A DNA stretch of 64,000 nt from Candidatus Aenigmatarchaeota archaeon (GCA_038999725.1 JAWBWS010000004.1:10296-74295); one strand, 5' to 3'. Positions 51,417-61,516 are shown, numbered from the stretch's first letter. Notes: generated by a model from the letters alone, not told the origin. Numbers and translations: made by a program.

Positions 51417-52652
51417 TTATATCCTCAACTTTTGATTTTTTTCCCATTCCTCAACTCTTCTTCTGTATTCGCCCAACTCTTTTTCATAAATTTCTTGAGC
51501 GCGTTTTTCTTCTTCACCCAACCTTTTCTTCTCAACCTCCCAGTCTTTTATACTATACACACCAATTTTTTTTACAACATCCTCAAAAGGTCTACCTAAA
51601 ACTGCGGCTATGTGCTTCAAAGTTAGATCAATTTTTTCACCTTTTCTAGGAAGATAAATGGGATAGCTAGAGGTCATCTTTTGGATTCTCCAGTATATTA
51701 CACACTCGTCTTCATTTGTTAGATTGTATTTCTTCTTAATATTTAACCAACTTTCATAATCTAAACAACCCTTGGCGATAGCAACAACAAAAAGCTCTTT
51801 TACAGGTTCCCTACACCCAGGCTTGTCAGAAAATACATTCTCAACCCTATTCTTTATCGCTACCGTAATTTCTTCCTTGATTGAATCCAAACTTTCTATT
51901 TTTTCTTTCATTTCCTTTTTCACTCTCTCTTTAATTTCTTCAAAAGATGGTGGTGTGAATGGAGGTGGTAAAGGACTTTCAACATCTATCTCATCCTCTT
52001 TTTTGATTTCTTGTAACAAATCTTCAATTTTTAAATTCAACTTTTTTGCCAATTTAACTGCAGGATCAATCACCTTATCTTTCAAGTAGGATTTTATCAC
52101 CCATTTTTCTATAGGAAAACTTCTATCTTCGACTTTTTCTCCAATTAAAACATAAAATTTCTTCCTTCTTTTATCTTCTTCAAACTTAACAACCTGGCTT
52201 CTCCTCTGGATAAAATAGCCCATGCTCCCCAAAAATTGCTCGATTTCTTTCACATCTTTCCCCCTTGATTCCGGTTCCACCACCACAATTTTACCACCAA
52301 CCTTTAAGCTGTAATCTAAACCAAGAAGGGTAGCGCCCTTTGCTTGTCGATGAAGGTTATGAAGAGTTAAGTTACAAAATATGTAGTCAAAAGCCTCCTT
52401 TCTCCATGGAATCGAGTAAGGGTAAACGCATACAACAAAATCGGTATTGTAAGTTTTCTTGGCCAATGAGCGAGCTTTAGCATAAGAATCTGTTGTGAGA
52501 ACATGGGAAGAAATTTGCCTATCTTCAATCATCTCCAAGAGAGCAGAACACTCTTCACATCCAACTTCCAATAACTTTTTTTCTTCCAATTCCATCTCTT
52601 CTATCAAGTTTGCCAATATCTGATGGGAAGCCACTTGAGAGGAAGAGCTCAT
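51417..52652 (-). CDS. Class I SAM-methyltransferase-like N-terminal domain plus unknown C-terminal region
   Basis: KLLEVGC, IPW...FDYI.C..TLH, LKVGGKIVVVE. Confidence 0.6.
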   Translation of the reverse strand: MSSSSQVASHQILANLIEEMELEEKKLLEVGCEECSALLEMIEDRQISSHVLTTDSYAKARSLAKKTYNTDFVVCVYPYSIPWRKEAFDYIFCNLTLHNLHRQAKGATLLGLDYSLKVGGKIVVVEPESRGKDVKEIEQFLGSMGYFIQRRSQVVKFEEDKRRKKFYVLIGEKVEDRSFPIEKWVIKSYLKDKVIDPAVKLAKKLNLKIEDLLQEIKKEDEIDVESPLPPPFTPPSFEEIKERVKKEMKEKIESLDSIKEEITVAIKNRVENVFSDKPGCREPVKELFVVAIAKGCLDYESWLNIKKKYNLTNEDECVIYWRIQKMTSSYPIYLPRKGEKIDLTLKHIAAVLGRPFEDVVKKIGVYSIKDWEVEKKRLGEEEKRAQEIYEKELGEYRRRVEEWEKNQKLRI

Positions 52653-52782
52653 AGTAGAAAAAGTTAACTTCCAACTTTTTAAACTTTTCTTCTCCTAAAA
52701 TTAACATTTTTACAGAAGTGTAGAATGAATAAAATTAAAGAAAACTTATCACCATACATTAGAGTATGAAAAGAGACAATAT

Positions 52783-52908
52783 GGCCTAGCTGGCGTAGCC
52801 TGGTTAGCGCACAGGCCAAGTGAATTCCTGAATGTGGACTAACCGGGCAGCAAGCCTGAAAGTGTGAAAACACTGGGTAAGGGCGGGGTTCGAATCCCCG
52901 GCTAGGCC
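52783..52908 (+). tRNA. tRNA-His(GTG) with encoded G-1 and three introns: 32/33 (52818-52832), 37/38 (52838-52852), 44/45 (52860-52880)
   Basis: 8-bp acceptor GGCCTAGC/GCTAGGCC; BHB helices CAGG/CCTG, CTGT/GCAG and GCCT/GGGT; spliced arm CAGGC-CTGTGGA-GCCTG. Confidence 0.88.
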
Positions 52909-52909
52909 A

Positions 52910-54058
52910 TCAATAGGATTTTATCTCAACATTTTCCAATACCTCTTCTATCATTTTCTCGATGTTTAATCTCTTCTCAAAACTTCTCACCAATTCTAAA
53001 TTTCCGGCAGCACTTGCATGCTTTGGTGTGAAGAGTGTGCAACAATCTTCTTGCGGCTTTATCGAAATTTCAAAAGTTCCAATTTTTTTCGCCAGTTCAA
53101 TTATCTCTTGCTTATCTAAACCCACTAAAGGCCTCAGGATTGGTAATTTGGTTACTTCTTCTATTATTCTCAAATTTTTCAAAGTTTGTGAGCTAACTTG
53201 AGCTAAACTTTCCCCTGTAACAATTCCATCACAACCTTCTTTTTCTGCAACTTTTTCAGCAATTCTAAGCATCATTCTTCTGTACAACAATATTCTGTAC
53301 CTTGGCTCAACACAAGCTTTAATCTTCATTTGAATTTTGTGAAAGGGGATGAAATAGACTTTGAGCTTTGGTTGATACCTTAAGAAAACTTGAGCAAGTT
53401 CTTTGACTTTTTGTATACTTGAATTTGAAACTAAGGGGAAGCTGTGAAAATGAACCCAAACATTTTCACTACCACGCTTAGCAATCAAGTAGCTTGCAAC
53501 TGGTGAATCAATTCCACCAGAGATTAAGGCCAGTGCTTTGCCCCCACTTCCAACAGGCAAGCCCCCCTTACCTTCCTTTTTCTTGAAATAAATAAACCAT
53601 CCATCTTTCCTTGCCTCTAAAAACAATTCAACATTTGGTTTTTCTAAATCAACCTTTCTTTCTATTTTACTTGCAACTTTCCTTATTATTTCTTCACTAC
53701 TTTCTTTCAAGTTACCTTTCTTGAGCCTTATGGCAAAAGTTTGCCTTTTCTTCACCCACTTTTCATGATTTTCTTCTATAAACTTCAAAAGCTCTTCTAG
53801 ATTACCTTCTAAAAAAATGACATCAGCAAACCAGGAAATTCCAAAAACATTTTTTATGATTTTCTCTGCTTTTTTTATTTCACCCGTTTCAATAAAAATT
53901 CTCTCTCTTGATGGGAATATTTTAAAGTTCACTCCAGCCTTTTTGAGAAAAACGGAAATATTACTGGTGAGTTTTTGTAAAAAAAGATTTCTAACTCTCT
54001 CAGACTTAAGAAAGAGTTCACCAAAAGCTATCAAAATACCTCTCTTGATTTTCTCCAT
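52910..54058 (-). CDS. thiI: tRNA 4-thiouridine synthase
   Basis: GELFLKS, GGLPVG, SGGIDSPVA, TGESLAQVSSQT, EDCC. Confidence 0.95.
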   Translation of the reverse strand: MEKIKRGILIAFGELFLKSERVRNLFLQKLTSNISVFLKKAGVNFKIFPSRERIFIETGEIKKAEKIIKNVFGISWFADVIFLEGNLEELLKFIEENHEKWVKKRQTFAIRLKKGNLKESSEEIIRKVASKIERKVDLEKPNVELFLEARKDGWFIYFKKKEGKGGLPVGSGGKALALISGGIDSPVASYLIAKRGSENVWVHFHSFPLVSNSSIQKVKELAQVFLRYQPKLKVYFIPFHKIQMKIKACVEPRYRILLYRRMMLRIAEKVAEKEGCDGIVTGESLAQVSSQTLKNLRIIEEVTKLPILRPLVGLDKQEIIELAKKIGTFEISIKPQEDCCTLFTPKHASAAGNLELVRSFEKRLNIEKMIEEVLENVEIKSY

Positions 54059-54990
54059 ATTTTCACTTTAAAAAACAAAAACACTTAAATATACTTATTT
54101 CCATTAATTTATTTGACTCATGAGCTTGGCGTTTAGGCTTTGATAACGTCAAGAGACAAAAGATGAAATGTCCTATTCTGGCTCATGAGAAATTGTCCTG
54201 AAGTGAAAGAGCTTCAGGTAGGTTGATTGGTGAAACCTAGAGGTAGGGCCCGCCAATTCTGGTTGATCCCGCCAGAGGCCACTGCTATCCGGCTTCTACT
54301 AAGCCATGCGAGTCGAGAGGGGAAAGCCCTCGGCGCACTGCTCCGTAATATGCAGTCAACCTACCCTTAGCTGGGGGATAATCTCGGGAAACTGAGGCTA
54401 ATACCCCATAGGTGCTTGGTACTGGAAGGTCCTAGCACCCAAAGCTTCGGCGGCTAAGGATGGGACTGCAGCCTATCAGCTTGTTGTGGAGGTAAAGGCT
54501 CCACAAGGCGATAACGGGTACGGGCTATGGAAGTAGGAGCCCGGAGATGGACTCTGAGACATGAGTCCAGGTCTTACGAGACGCAGCAGGCGAGAAACCT
54601 TTTCAATTCGCTCACGCGAGAAAAGGGAAGCCGGAGTGCCCTTGCTCTGCAAGGGCTTTTGCGGTCTGAAAACGGGACCGCGAATAAGGAGTGGGTAAGA
54701 CGGGTGCCAGCCGCCGCGGTAATACCCGCACTCCAAGTGGTGGCCACGATTATTGGGCCTAAAGCGTCCGTAGCCGGTTTGGTAAGTCCTCAGTGAAATC
54801 CTCTAGCAAACTAGAGGGCTTGCTGGGGATACTGCCAGACTTGAGACTGGGAGGGGGCAGGGGTACTCCCAGGGTAGGGGTGAAATCCTGTAATCCTGGG
54901 GGGACCACCTGTGGCGAAGGCGCCTGCCTGGAACAGGTCTGACGGTGAGGGACGAAAGCTAGGGGAGCGATCGGGATTAGATACCCCGGT

Positions 54991-55071
54991 ACACGAGATT
55001 GGGTATCTTCTGATTCAAGATGAAGAAAAATCCCAAAATTCCAAGCTAGGATTTCCTAACTCGTGCGGGAA
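54991..55071 (+). other. 16S intron 1 (81 nt, after E. coli ~801)
   Basis: Interrupts CCCGGT|AGTCC; BHB helix CCCG/CGGG, stem CACGAG/CTCGTG. Confidence 0.92.
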
Positions 55072-55252
55072 AGTCCTAGCCGTAAACGATGCCCTCTTGG
55101 TGTTGCAAGCTTCTCGGGAGCTTGCAGTGCCGGAGCGTAGGTGTTAAGAGGGCCGCCTGGGGAGTACGCCCGCAAGGGTGAAACTTAAGGGAATTGGCGG
55201 GGGAGCACACAAGGGGTGGGCGTTGCGGTTCAATTGGATTCAACGCCGGGAA

Positions 55253-55862
55253 AGGATAACATCAGTTAAGCTTAAATATCAGATATAGTAAAATTTACTA
55301 GTGGCGATATTATGGGTGTTTACGATGAAGTTTTGAATAATAAAACACTGGCTGCAAAAATATTACTTCCGTTGATAGAGTTTGAGTTTGGTTTAATGGG
55401 AGAAGATTCTCCAACATTAGTTCAAACACCCTCCAACCAAAAACAACTAGAAGTCATATTTAGTATATGCAAAAAATACGAGTGGACCACTTCCAAAAAT
55501 CTCAGAAAAAAGGGCGATAACTTGTATTTCAGACTTAAAAGGAGTGGTTTCAAAGAAATTTATCAGTTGGCCGGACCATTTGCAGATAAGGCAAAAGATG
55601 CTTGGGCCAAATTACTTATAGAACGAATTGGAAAAATTGGAGGATATAGAAAAAAAGAAAAACAAACACAAGAAAAAATATTGGGTATGTTAAATATGAA
55701 AAAGAACAAATGGTGGAAAATTGAAGAAATTTGTTTAAATTTAAGAATACTTCCAAGTACAATTAGAGAAAGTTTAAGAGATTTACAAAAAAGAAGATTA
55801 GTGAAAAGCAAAAAAATCGGAAAGGCTACTTATTGGAAAATTATCTGATGTTATCCCCCGAA
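55253..55862 (+). mobile_element. 16S intron 2 (610 nt, after E. coli ~978), ORF-containing
   Basis: Interrupts CGGGAA|TCTTACC; BHB helix CGGG/CCCG, 12-bp stem GGATAACATCAG/CTGATGTTATCC. Confidence 0.92.
55312..55848 (+). CDS. Intron-encoded protein: divergent single-motif LAGLIDADG-like domain plus C-terminal wHTH
   Basis: ILLPLIEFEFGL helix followed by a LAGLIDADG-like strand/helix pattern; IEEICLNLRILPSTIRESLRDLQKRRLV; TATA-like CTTAAATA at 55271. Confidence 0.6.
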   Translation: MGVYDEVLNNKTLAAKILLPLIEFEFGLMGEDSPTLVQTPSNQKQLEVIFSICKKYEWTTSKNLRKKGDNLYFRLKRSGFKEIYQLAGPFADKAKDAWAKLLIERIGKIGGYRKKEKQTQEKILGMLNMKKNKWWKIEEICLNLRILPSTIRESLRDLQKRRLVKSKKIGKATYWKII

Positions 55863-56081
55863 TCTTACCAGGGCCGACGGCAGGATGAAGGTCAGTCTGA
55901 AGGGCTTACCAGACAAGCCGAGAGGTGGTGCATGGCCATCGTCAGCTCGTACCGTGAGGCGTGCGCTTAAGTGCGTTAACGAGCGAGACCCACATCCCAT
56001 GTTGCTACTGCTTTCTCCGGAAAGCAGGCACTCATGGGAGACCGCTGGCGATAAGCCAGAGGAAGGAGTGGGCGACGGTAG

Positions 56082-56168
56082 ACAGGTAAAAGGCTCATAA
56101 CCGGTTCATGTGAAAAAAGATGAACATGAACAGCGCCCAGAGCCTTACATGTCTTTTACCTGACCGAA
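56082..56168 (+). ncRNA. 16S intron 3 (87 nt, after E. coli ~1197) containing an H/ACA guide RNA candidate
   Basis: BHB helix CGGT/ACCG; internal hairpin with pocket, K-loop and ACA at 56147. Confidence 0.8.
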
Positions 56169-56449
56169 GTCCGTATGCCCCGAATGCCCTGGGCCACACG
56201 CGACGCACAATGCGCGCCACAAAGGGATGCAACCCCGAAAGGGGAAGCGAATCCCCTAAAAGCGCGCCCAGTTCGGATCGAGGGCTGTAACTCGTCCTCG
56301 TGAAGCTGGAATCCCTAGTAAGCGAACGTCATCATCGTTCGCTGAATACGTCCCTGCTCCTTGCACACACTGCCCGTCAAGCCAATCGAGCGGAACTTCC
56401 TCGAGGCTTGTGATGAGCAAGTCGAGTGGAAGTTCTGTGAGAGGGGCTA

Positions 56450-56561
56450 ATCTCGGGAGTCCGAAAAATTAAAGCTAAGATGAAAAAATTGGCTTGACCC
56501 TGAAAATTGATGATGAGTCGGAGGTGAATTGATTTGGCTAGATGGACTCCCTAGAGCCTAA
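56450..56561 (+). ncRNA. 16S intron 4 (112 nt, between A1492 and A1493) containing a box C/D guide RNA candidate
   Basis: BHB helix GGGC/GCCT; boxes AAGATGA, CTGA, ATGATGA, TTGA; two antisense elements matching this 16S. Confidence 0.82.
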
Positions 56562-56749
56562 AGTCGCCACAAGGTAGCCGTACGGGAACGTGCGGCTGGA
56601 TCACCTCCTTAAGATCCATTGCAACCCTACCTCAGGCACTAGAAAACAACCTACCTGAGAAAAAATTTTTAGTGTTTCAAAAATAGCGTAACCTATAGAG
56701 TTTTACCACTATGGATTTTATTAGTCTATTACTTTTAGAGGATAGTTTT

Positions 56750-57262
56750 TTAATAAAACGTCAATTCCTTTGGAGTTTTATAAAGTCTTGCTATCAATGC
56801 TCCACGTATATGGATTAATACACAATTTGAATCAAGGCTATATCCATCACTATCTTCTCTATCTTCTCGCGGGGCTTTGAAATTACAATATAAAAACAAA
56901 GACTCTTTATGTTTTTCATAAAACTCACTGTTCTTCATAGACATACGTTTAGCTATATCTTCATAATATTTTTCTGGAGCATGAACGGGTAACTCGAGGA
57001 TTTCTACATCATTTGTGGAATTTTTTGCAGTATAGATTTTTATAGAACCATCTTCTTTATATTTGATAACCACTGAACCATATTTACCTTCAGCAGGATT
57101 AAAGCGTGAAACGAGTAAACTACCAATGTCCATCGGTATTAAATTCCCTGCTGTTTCATCAAGAATGTATAACACAATGTCCTTTCTACCGGTTCTGTAA
57201 GTTTTACCCTTTTCTAAATTAAACACCCTTTCTTCTTCCCCTATAAACCATCTCAAGCTCAT
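56750..57262 (-). CDS. Hypothetical protein, possible FHA-like domain
   Basis: TGRKD...LVSR...NSTN motifs in FHA order. Confidence 0.5.
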   Translation of the reverse strand: MSLRWFIGEEERVFNLEKGKTYRTGRKDIVLYILDETAGNLIPMDIGSLLVSRFNPAEGKYGSVVIKYKEDGSIKIYTAKNSTNDVEILELPVHAPEKYYEDIAKRMSMKNSEFYEKHKESLFLYCNFKAPREDREDSDGYSLDSNCVLIHIRGALIARLYKTPKELTFY

Positions 57263-57356
57263 GTTAATTACTTATCAGTAGTAAATAATTTTTTTTCCGG
57301 TAGTGAAAGATATATTTTAAAGTATATAATTCCGAAAAGAGAGCTTATTTAAAGAA

Positions 57357-59375
57357 TTAAGGAAACAGGTTATATGTGAGTATTAATGAAGAAAAAACTG
57401 AAGCGGTTAAAGACATAACTGTTATCATTGTATTTAAACTTGGTCCTGCAGTATCTTTAAAAGGATCCCCAACCGTGTCACCAACTACGGCAGCCTTATG
57501 GGCTTCTGAGCCTTTACCACCAAATGCCCCTTCTTCTATTAGCTTCTTTGCATTATCCCATGTTCCTCCTGAATTTGCCATGAATAACGCAAAAATTATT
57601 CCCGTCAATATACTAGCAGCAAGGAAGCCTGCCAAAGCTTCTTTACCTAAAAGAAAACCGACAAGCAAAGGAGCAATTATTGCTAGCAAGCATGGAAACA
57701 TGAGCTCCTTCAAGGCACCTTTTGTAGCTATATCAACACATTTAGCATAGTCTGGTTTTGCTTTTCCTTCTATTAATCCAGGTATTTCCCTGAATTGCCT
57801 TCTTATTTCTTCAATCATCCTGAAGGCATTTCTCCCCACTGCTAAAATCAACAAAGCCGAAATCACTGGTGGGATGATGCCACCAATAAAAATCCCAACT
57901 ATCACTTTAGGCTCCATTAAGTTTATGGAGAATAGGCCACTTAAAGGATCTTTCCTTATCTCAACAACTTCAGCATAAGCTCCGAGTAAAGCTAAAACAG
58001 TTAGAGCAGCTGCACCAATTGCGAAACCTTTTGTTATGGCTTTTGTTGTGTTGCCTAGAGCATCAAGCCTATCAGTAATTTTTAAAGCTTTTTTTCCAAC
58101 ACCAGCTTGTTCTCCGATTCCCTTAGCATTATCAACTATAGGACCATAAGCGTCAGAAGAGATTATCATCCCTACTATTGAAAGCATGCCAACGGCTGAA
58201 ATTGCTATCCCATAGAAGTTGTTAACATCAAAAGCTCCTGCAAGATGCCAGGCAGCAAGCATTGCTATACAAATTCCTATTATCGATGGTACAATACTCA
58301 ATATACCATAAGAAAAGCCAGATAGGATGTTTGTGGCCGCTCCTGTTTTTGCTGCTTCTGCCGTTTTTTTTACTGGAGCTTTATCAATTGAAGTGTAATA
58401 GTCTGTGGTTATTCCTATGACCACACCTGCAATCAAACCTGCTAGAGTTGGTAAAAACACACCATAGCCTTGAACTCCAAGGTTAAGAAGCTGAATGATT
58501 AAAAAAGTTAAAATTGCAAAAATAAAGCAAGTTGAAAAAGTTCCGAGATTTAAAGCCATGTTGGGATTTTTCCTTTTCGTAAAATTGACAAAAATTACGC
58601 CAAGTATGGAAGCAAAAATTCCCACAGCTGCTATAAGCAAAGGTAAGAAAACAAAGGTTGGAGAAATGACCTTCCCTATTATCATAGCAGCTATTATACT
58701 TGCTATGTAAGAGTCTATTAAATCAGCACCCATACCGGCAACATCACCAACATTATCACCAACATTATCAGCAATAACAGCAGGATTTCTTGGATCATCT
58801 TCAGGAATTCCCATCTCAACTTTTCCAACCAAATCAGCACCTATGTCTGCTGTTTTCGTGTAGATGCCACCTCCAGCTTTTGCAAATAAAGCCAGAGCAC
58901 TTGCACCAAAGCTGAAGCCCAAAACAATCTCAGGGTCTTGGTAAATGTGGAATAAAATGGCAATTCCAATCAAGGCTATACCAACTATCATCAAGCCCAT
59001 AATAGCTCCACCACAAAAACCGATTGAAAAAGCTTGAGCTAAGCTTTTCTTTGCAGCGTTGGTTACCCTAACATTTGTTTTGACCGCGGCAAGCATCCCA
59101 AAATAGCTTGCTACTGCTGTTGAGATGGAACCGAGCAAGTAAGCTAGAGCTATATGTGGGTTTAAAAAGAGGAAAATTAGAAAAGTCATGATGGCGACAA
59201 AAATTGCTAGGTATAAGTTTTGTCTTTTCAAGTAAGCTTTTGCCCCAATTTTTATCGCTTCAGAAATTTCTTCCATTTTCCTTGTTCCAGGGCTTTGTTT
59301 GCTCACGTGAAGATATAAGTAGAAAGCTGTGAAGATTGAAAGCAAACCAGCAATTATTGGAATTATTTCAAACAT
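57357..59375 (-). CDS. hppA: Membrane pyrophosphatase, predicted K+-independent H+-translocating
   Basis: [35 protein letters not shown] (Lys at the K+-dependence determinant). Confidence 0.95.
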   Translation of the reverse strand: MFEIIPIIAGLLSIFTAFYLYLHVSKQSPGTRKMEEISEAIKIGAKAYLKRQNLYLAIFVAIMTFLIFLFLNPHIALAYLLGSISTAVASYFGMLAAVKTNVRVTNAAKKSLAQAFSIGFCGGAIMGLMIVGIALIGIAILFHIYQDPEIVLGFSFGASALALFAKAGGGIYTKTADIGADLVGKVEMGIPEDDPRNPAVIADNVGDNVGDVAGMGADLIDSYIASIIAAMIIGKVISPTFVFLPLLIAAVGIFASILGVIFVNFTKRKNPNMALNLGTFSTCFIFAILTFLIIQLLNLGVQGYGVFLPTLAGLIAGVVIGITTDYYTSIDKAPVKKTAEAAKTGAATNILSGFSYGILSIVPSIIGICIAMLAAWHLAGAFDVNNFYGIAISAVGMLSIVGMIISSDAYGPIVDNAKGIGEQAGVGKKALKITDRLDALGNTTKAITKGFAIGAAALTVLALLGAYAEVVEIRKDPLSGLFSINLMEPKVIVGIFIGGIIPPVISALLILAVGRNAFRMIEEIRRQFREIPGLIEGKAKPDYAKCVDIATKGALKELMFPCLLAIIAPLLVGFLLGKEALAGFLAASILTGIIFALFMANSGGTWDNAKKLIEEGAFGGKGSEAHKAAVVGDTVGDPFKDTAGPSLNTMITVMSLTASVFSSLILTYNLFP

Positions 59376-59442
59376 CAAGTCACTAATTAAAAATTATTAG
59401 AGGAGGATAATTTAAAGGTTATAAGGCTCAAATACTAATAGT

Positions 59443-59514
59443 GGGCCGGTAGATCAATGGTAGATCGCCTCGCTTGCAACGAGGAGGCTCCGGGTTCGAA
59501 TCCCGGCCGGTCCA
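59443..59514 (+). tRNA. tRNA-Ala(TGC), intronless
   Basis: GGGCCGG/CCGGTCC with G3:U70; CCTCG-CTTGCAA-CGAGG. Confidence 0.96.
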
Positions 59515-59589
59515 CATGAAGAAAAAGAGAGCGACAATATAGTAGATTAAACAAGGAGATTGTTTATGTATGAATCAGAGGAGGGGCAA

Positions 59590-60483
59590 ATGGCTAATGA
59601 GATTAAACGACGCGCTCAAAAAACAAATAATGAGAAGGAGGAATTTATGGACCCGGAAAAATGTGAGAACATTAATTCTCTTAGGGAGAATGCGTGAATG
59701 GGGAAGTTTTTATGCTGTCAAGATTGTCCTCGGCATCCCCTTCGAGGTAATCCTGTATTTGCTGAAGGTTGCTCACTACATCAAACAGAATCTCCTCTAA
59801 TCCTTTTTGTTTCTCAAGACCCCGCAAGTCCCAAAAGGAGTGGTATTATTGGTTGCTCGGCAGATGGAAGAGTTTGTCCATGGTGCCACACGGATTTTAG
59901 TGCAAATAATTTTCGTGAAAAACTTTTCCCTTTAATAAAAAAGAGACTTCCTGGGATAGAGTGGATGGGTGTTATCGGATTTATTGTATCAATGCTGTTT
60001 TACATGGCCCGAGATAATATGCCACCTCCAACTAGAGCTGTCTGCTAGACTTATATTCTAAAAGCATATGTTCGTTTACTTAAGCCTAAGATTGTAATGG
60101 GGCTTGGAATAAAAGCAAGATACTCCCTAGCGCTTGCTTTTGGTATTCAAAACTTTGAAAAAGCATCTTATCCAGTAATTCGTGAAGGTATAGCGTTTTG
60201 GTGGACTTACCATCAAGCTCAAAGGAGCTTTCTCAAAAAACATTATGAAATTGAGACAAGATTTAAAATAATTGCGGAGTTTTTAAAAGACCAACTAGAG
60301 GGGTGTGAAAGGGTAAAGAGGGAATACAAACTCAGAAAATTGGAATTTGAGCCAGAAATTCTAATTGTGAGAGAATATTACGACTTAAGATTGCCGAAAA
60401 TTTGGTACTTCATAAATCGATTTTTCTTCTTCTTTGTCATAAATATGGGGAAACTTCATTTACATCTTTCTCCAAAGCCCTAG
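59590..60483 (+). pseudogene. Uracil-DNA glycosylase superfamily pseudogene
   Basis: CQDCP, ILFVSQDP, IYCINAVLHGP (other frame), PPT..VC*, LLKPKIVMGLG and WTYH, split by frameshifts and stops. Confidence 0.7.
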
Positions 60484-60579
60484 CAATTCTCTTTGCCAAA
60501 TTATTCGGTTTTCTCTCTTGAGCTTCTCTATAATCAGTTGATTATCCCTCTTATTGATTCTGACGTCTCTCCTGTTTTG

Positions 60580-61252
60580 AAAGTTTTTTTATTTGAGAAT
60601 TGTTTCTATCTCATCAATTTTTTTAATTCGGAAATTTGGCTTACATTCCCTACGCCATGCCAATTTAAGTAGTCCATCAAACTCAACTTTCACGGTTGTT
60701 ATACTCTCACATAATTTATTTCATTAATCTGCGAAGGTTTATCGTTTATGAATATTATTTCTTCCGGGAAGCCGTGTATTTTTTCATAATCAATTTTATA
60801 CCTTCTAATCGATCCTTTACATCTTCGCCAGTAATAAAAATATCATCAAAATAATCAAGAAATCCATTTTTCTTGATTCTATATCTTTTCATGCTTGGAA
60901 TTCCATCATTTCCTGAGATTATTATTAAAATTAGTCCCTTCTTTCTTAACGACTCTAGAATACTTTTTGAGTTAATACTATAGATTGTTGTATCCTCAAG
61001 AAAATCTTAAGCATCTCATCTAATCTTTCCTCGGTTACGGATATCCCAAATTCTCCAATCATAATTTCCTAGCGCGTCTTGTTCGTCTTCATAGGCCAAC
61101 GCCTTTTGAATAAACTTGTCCTTCACATCATTTTTCAACCCAAGATGATGAGCAATGAAGTCATACAGGGAAGGTAAACAAGCGTAACTATCCACTAAAA
61201 CACCATCAAAATCAAAAATACAAATTCTATATTTATTTTTCTTAAGACTCAT
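60580..61252 (-). pseudogene. HAD hydrolase pseudogene
   Basis: FDFDGVLVDS in the first frame; LESLRKKGLILIIISGND...YFDDIFITGED...IIFINDKP in a downstream frame without a start. Confidence 0.75.
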
Positions 61253-61508
61253 TTTTACACCCTTTATTTACCCTTAAATGAAAATACACTTTTATCTGGT
61301 TGTAAGAAAACAAGGGATTAACAAACCTCCTATAATAAGTTGCGAAAGAGATGCTATGCCTAGAGTCATTATAAAGAAAGACGTGAGCATCAAACCGAAA
61401 TCTAATAAATCTAATAATAGCATAAATATCCTTTATTTATTGATAGTTTAAAAGATAGTTTAAAATATTCTTCTGTTTTTCTTTTGACTAACTTAATAAT
61501 TCGAAATC

Positions 61509-61516
61509 TTTATAAA
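61509..61516 (+). promoter_or_regulatory. TATA box candidate for an independent 23S transcript
   Basis: TTTATAAA after purine-rich CGAAA, about 25 nt before the structured leader. Confidence 0.55.

Larger units (their letters stand above)
54256..56609 (+). rRNA. rrs: Archaeal 16S rRNA with four BHB introns (spliced length about 1464 nt)
   Basis: ATTCTGGTTGATCC start, GTGCCAGCCGCCGCGGTAA, GGATCACCTCCT end. Confidence 0.98.
54214..56658 (+). other. Pre-16S processing stem with BHB motif (arms 54214-54248 and 56625-56658)
   Basis: TCAGGTAGGTTG/CAACCTACCTGA and GAGGTAGGG/CCCTACCTC flank a GGTG/CACT helix with 3-nt bulges. Confidence 0.8.

Noticed and set aside
54991..55071. H/ACA guide for U788 in 16S intron 1
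   Set aside because: No ACA box at the right distance and the pocket geometry does not fit.
54476..56100. Short ORFs over the 16S gene, other than 55312-55848
   Set aside because: They are translations of rRNA exons.
54253..56609. Group I or group II identity for the rRNA introns
   Set aside because: All have BHB junctions, and the non-coding parts are too short for ribozyme cores.
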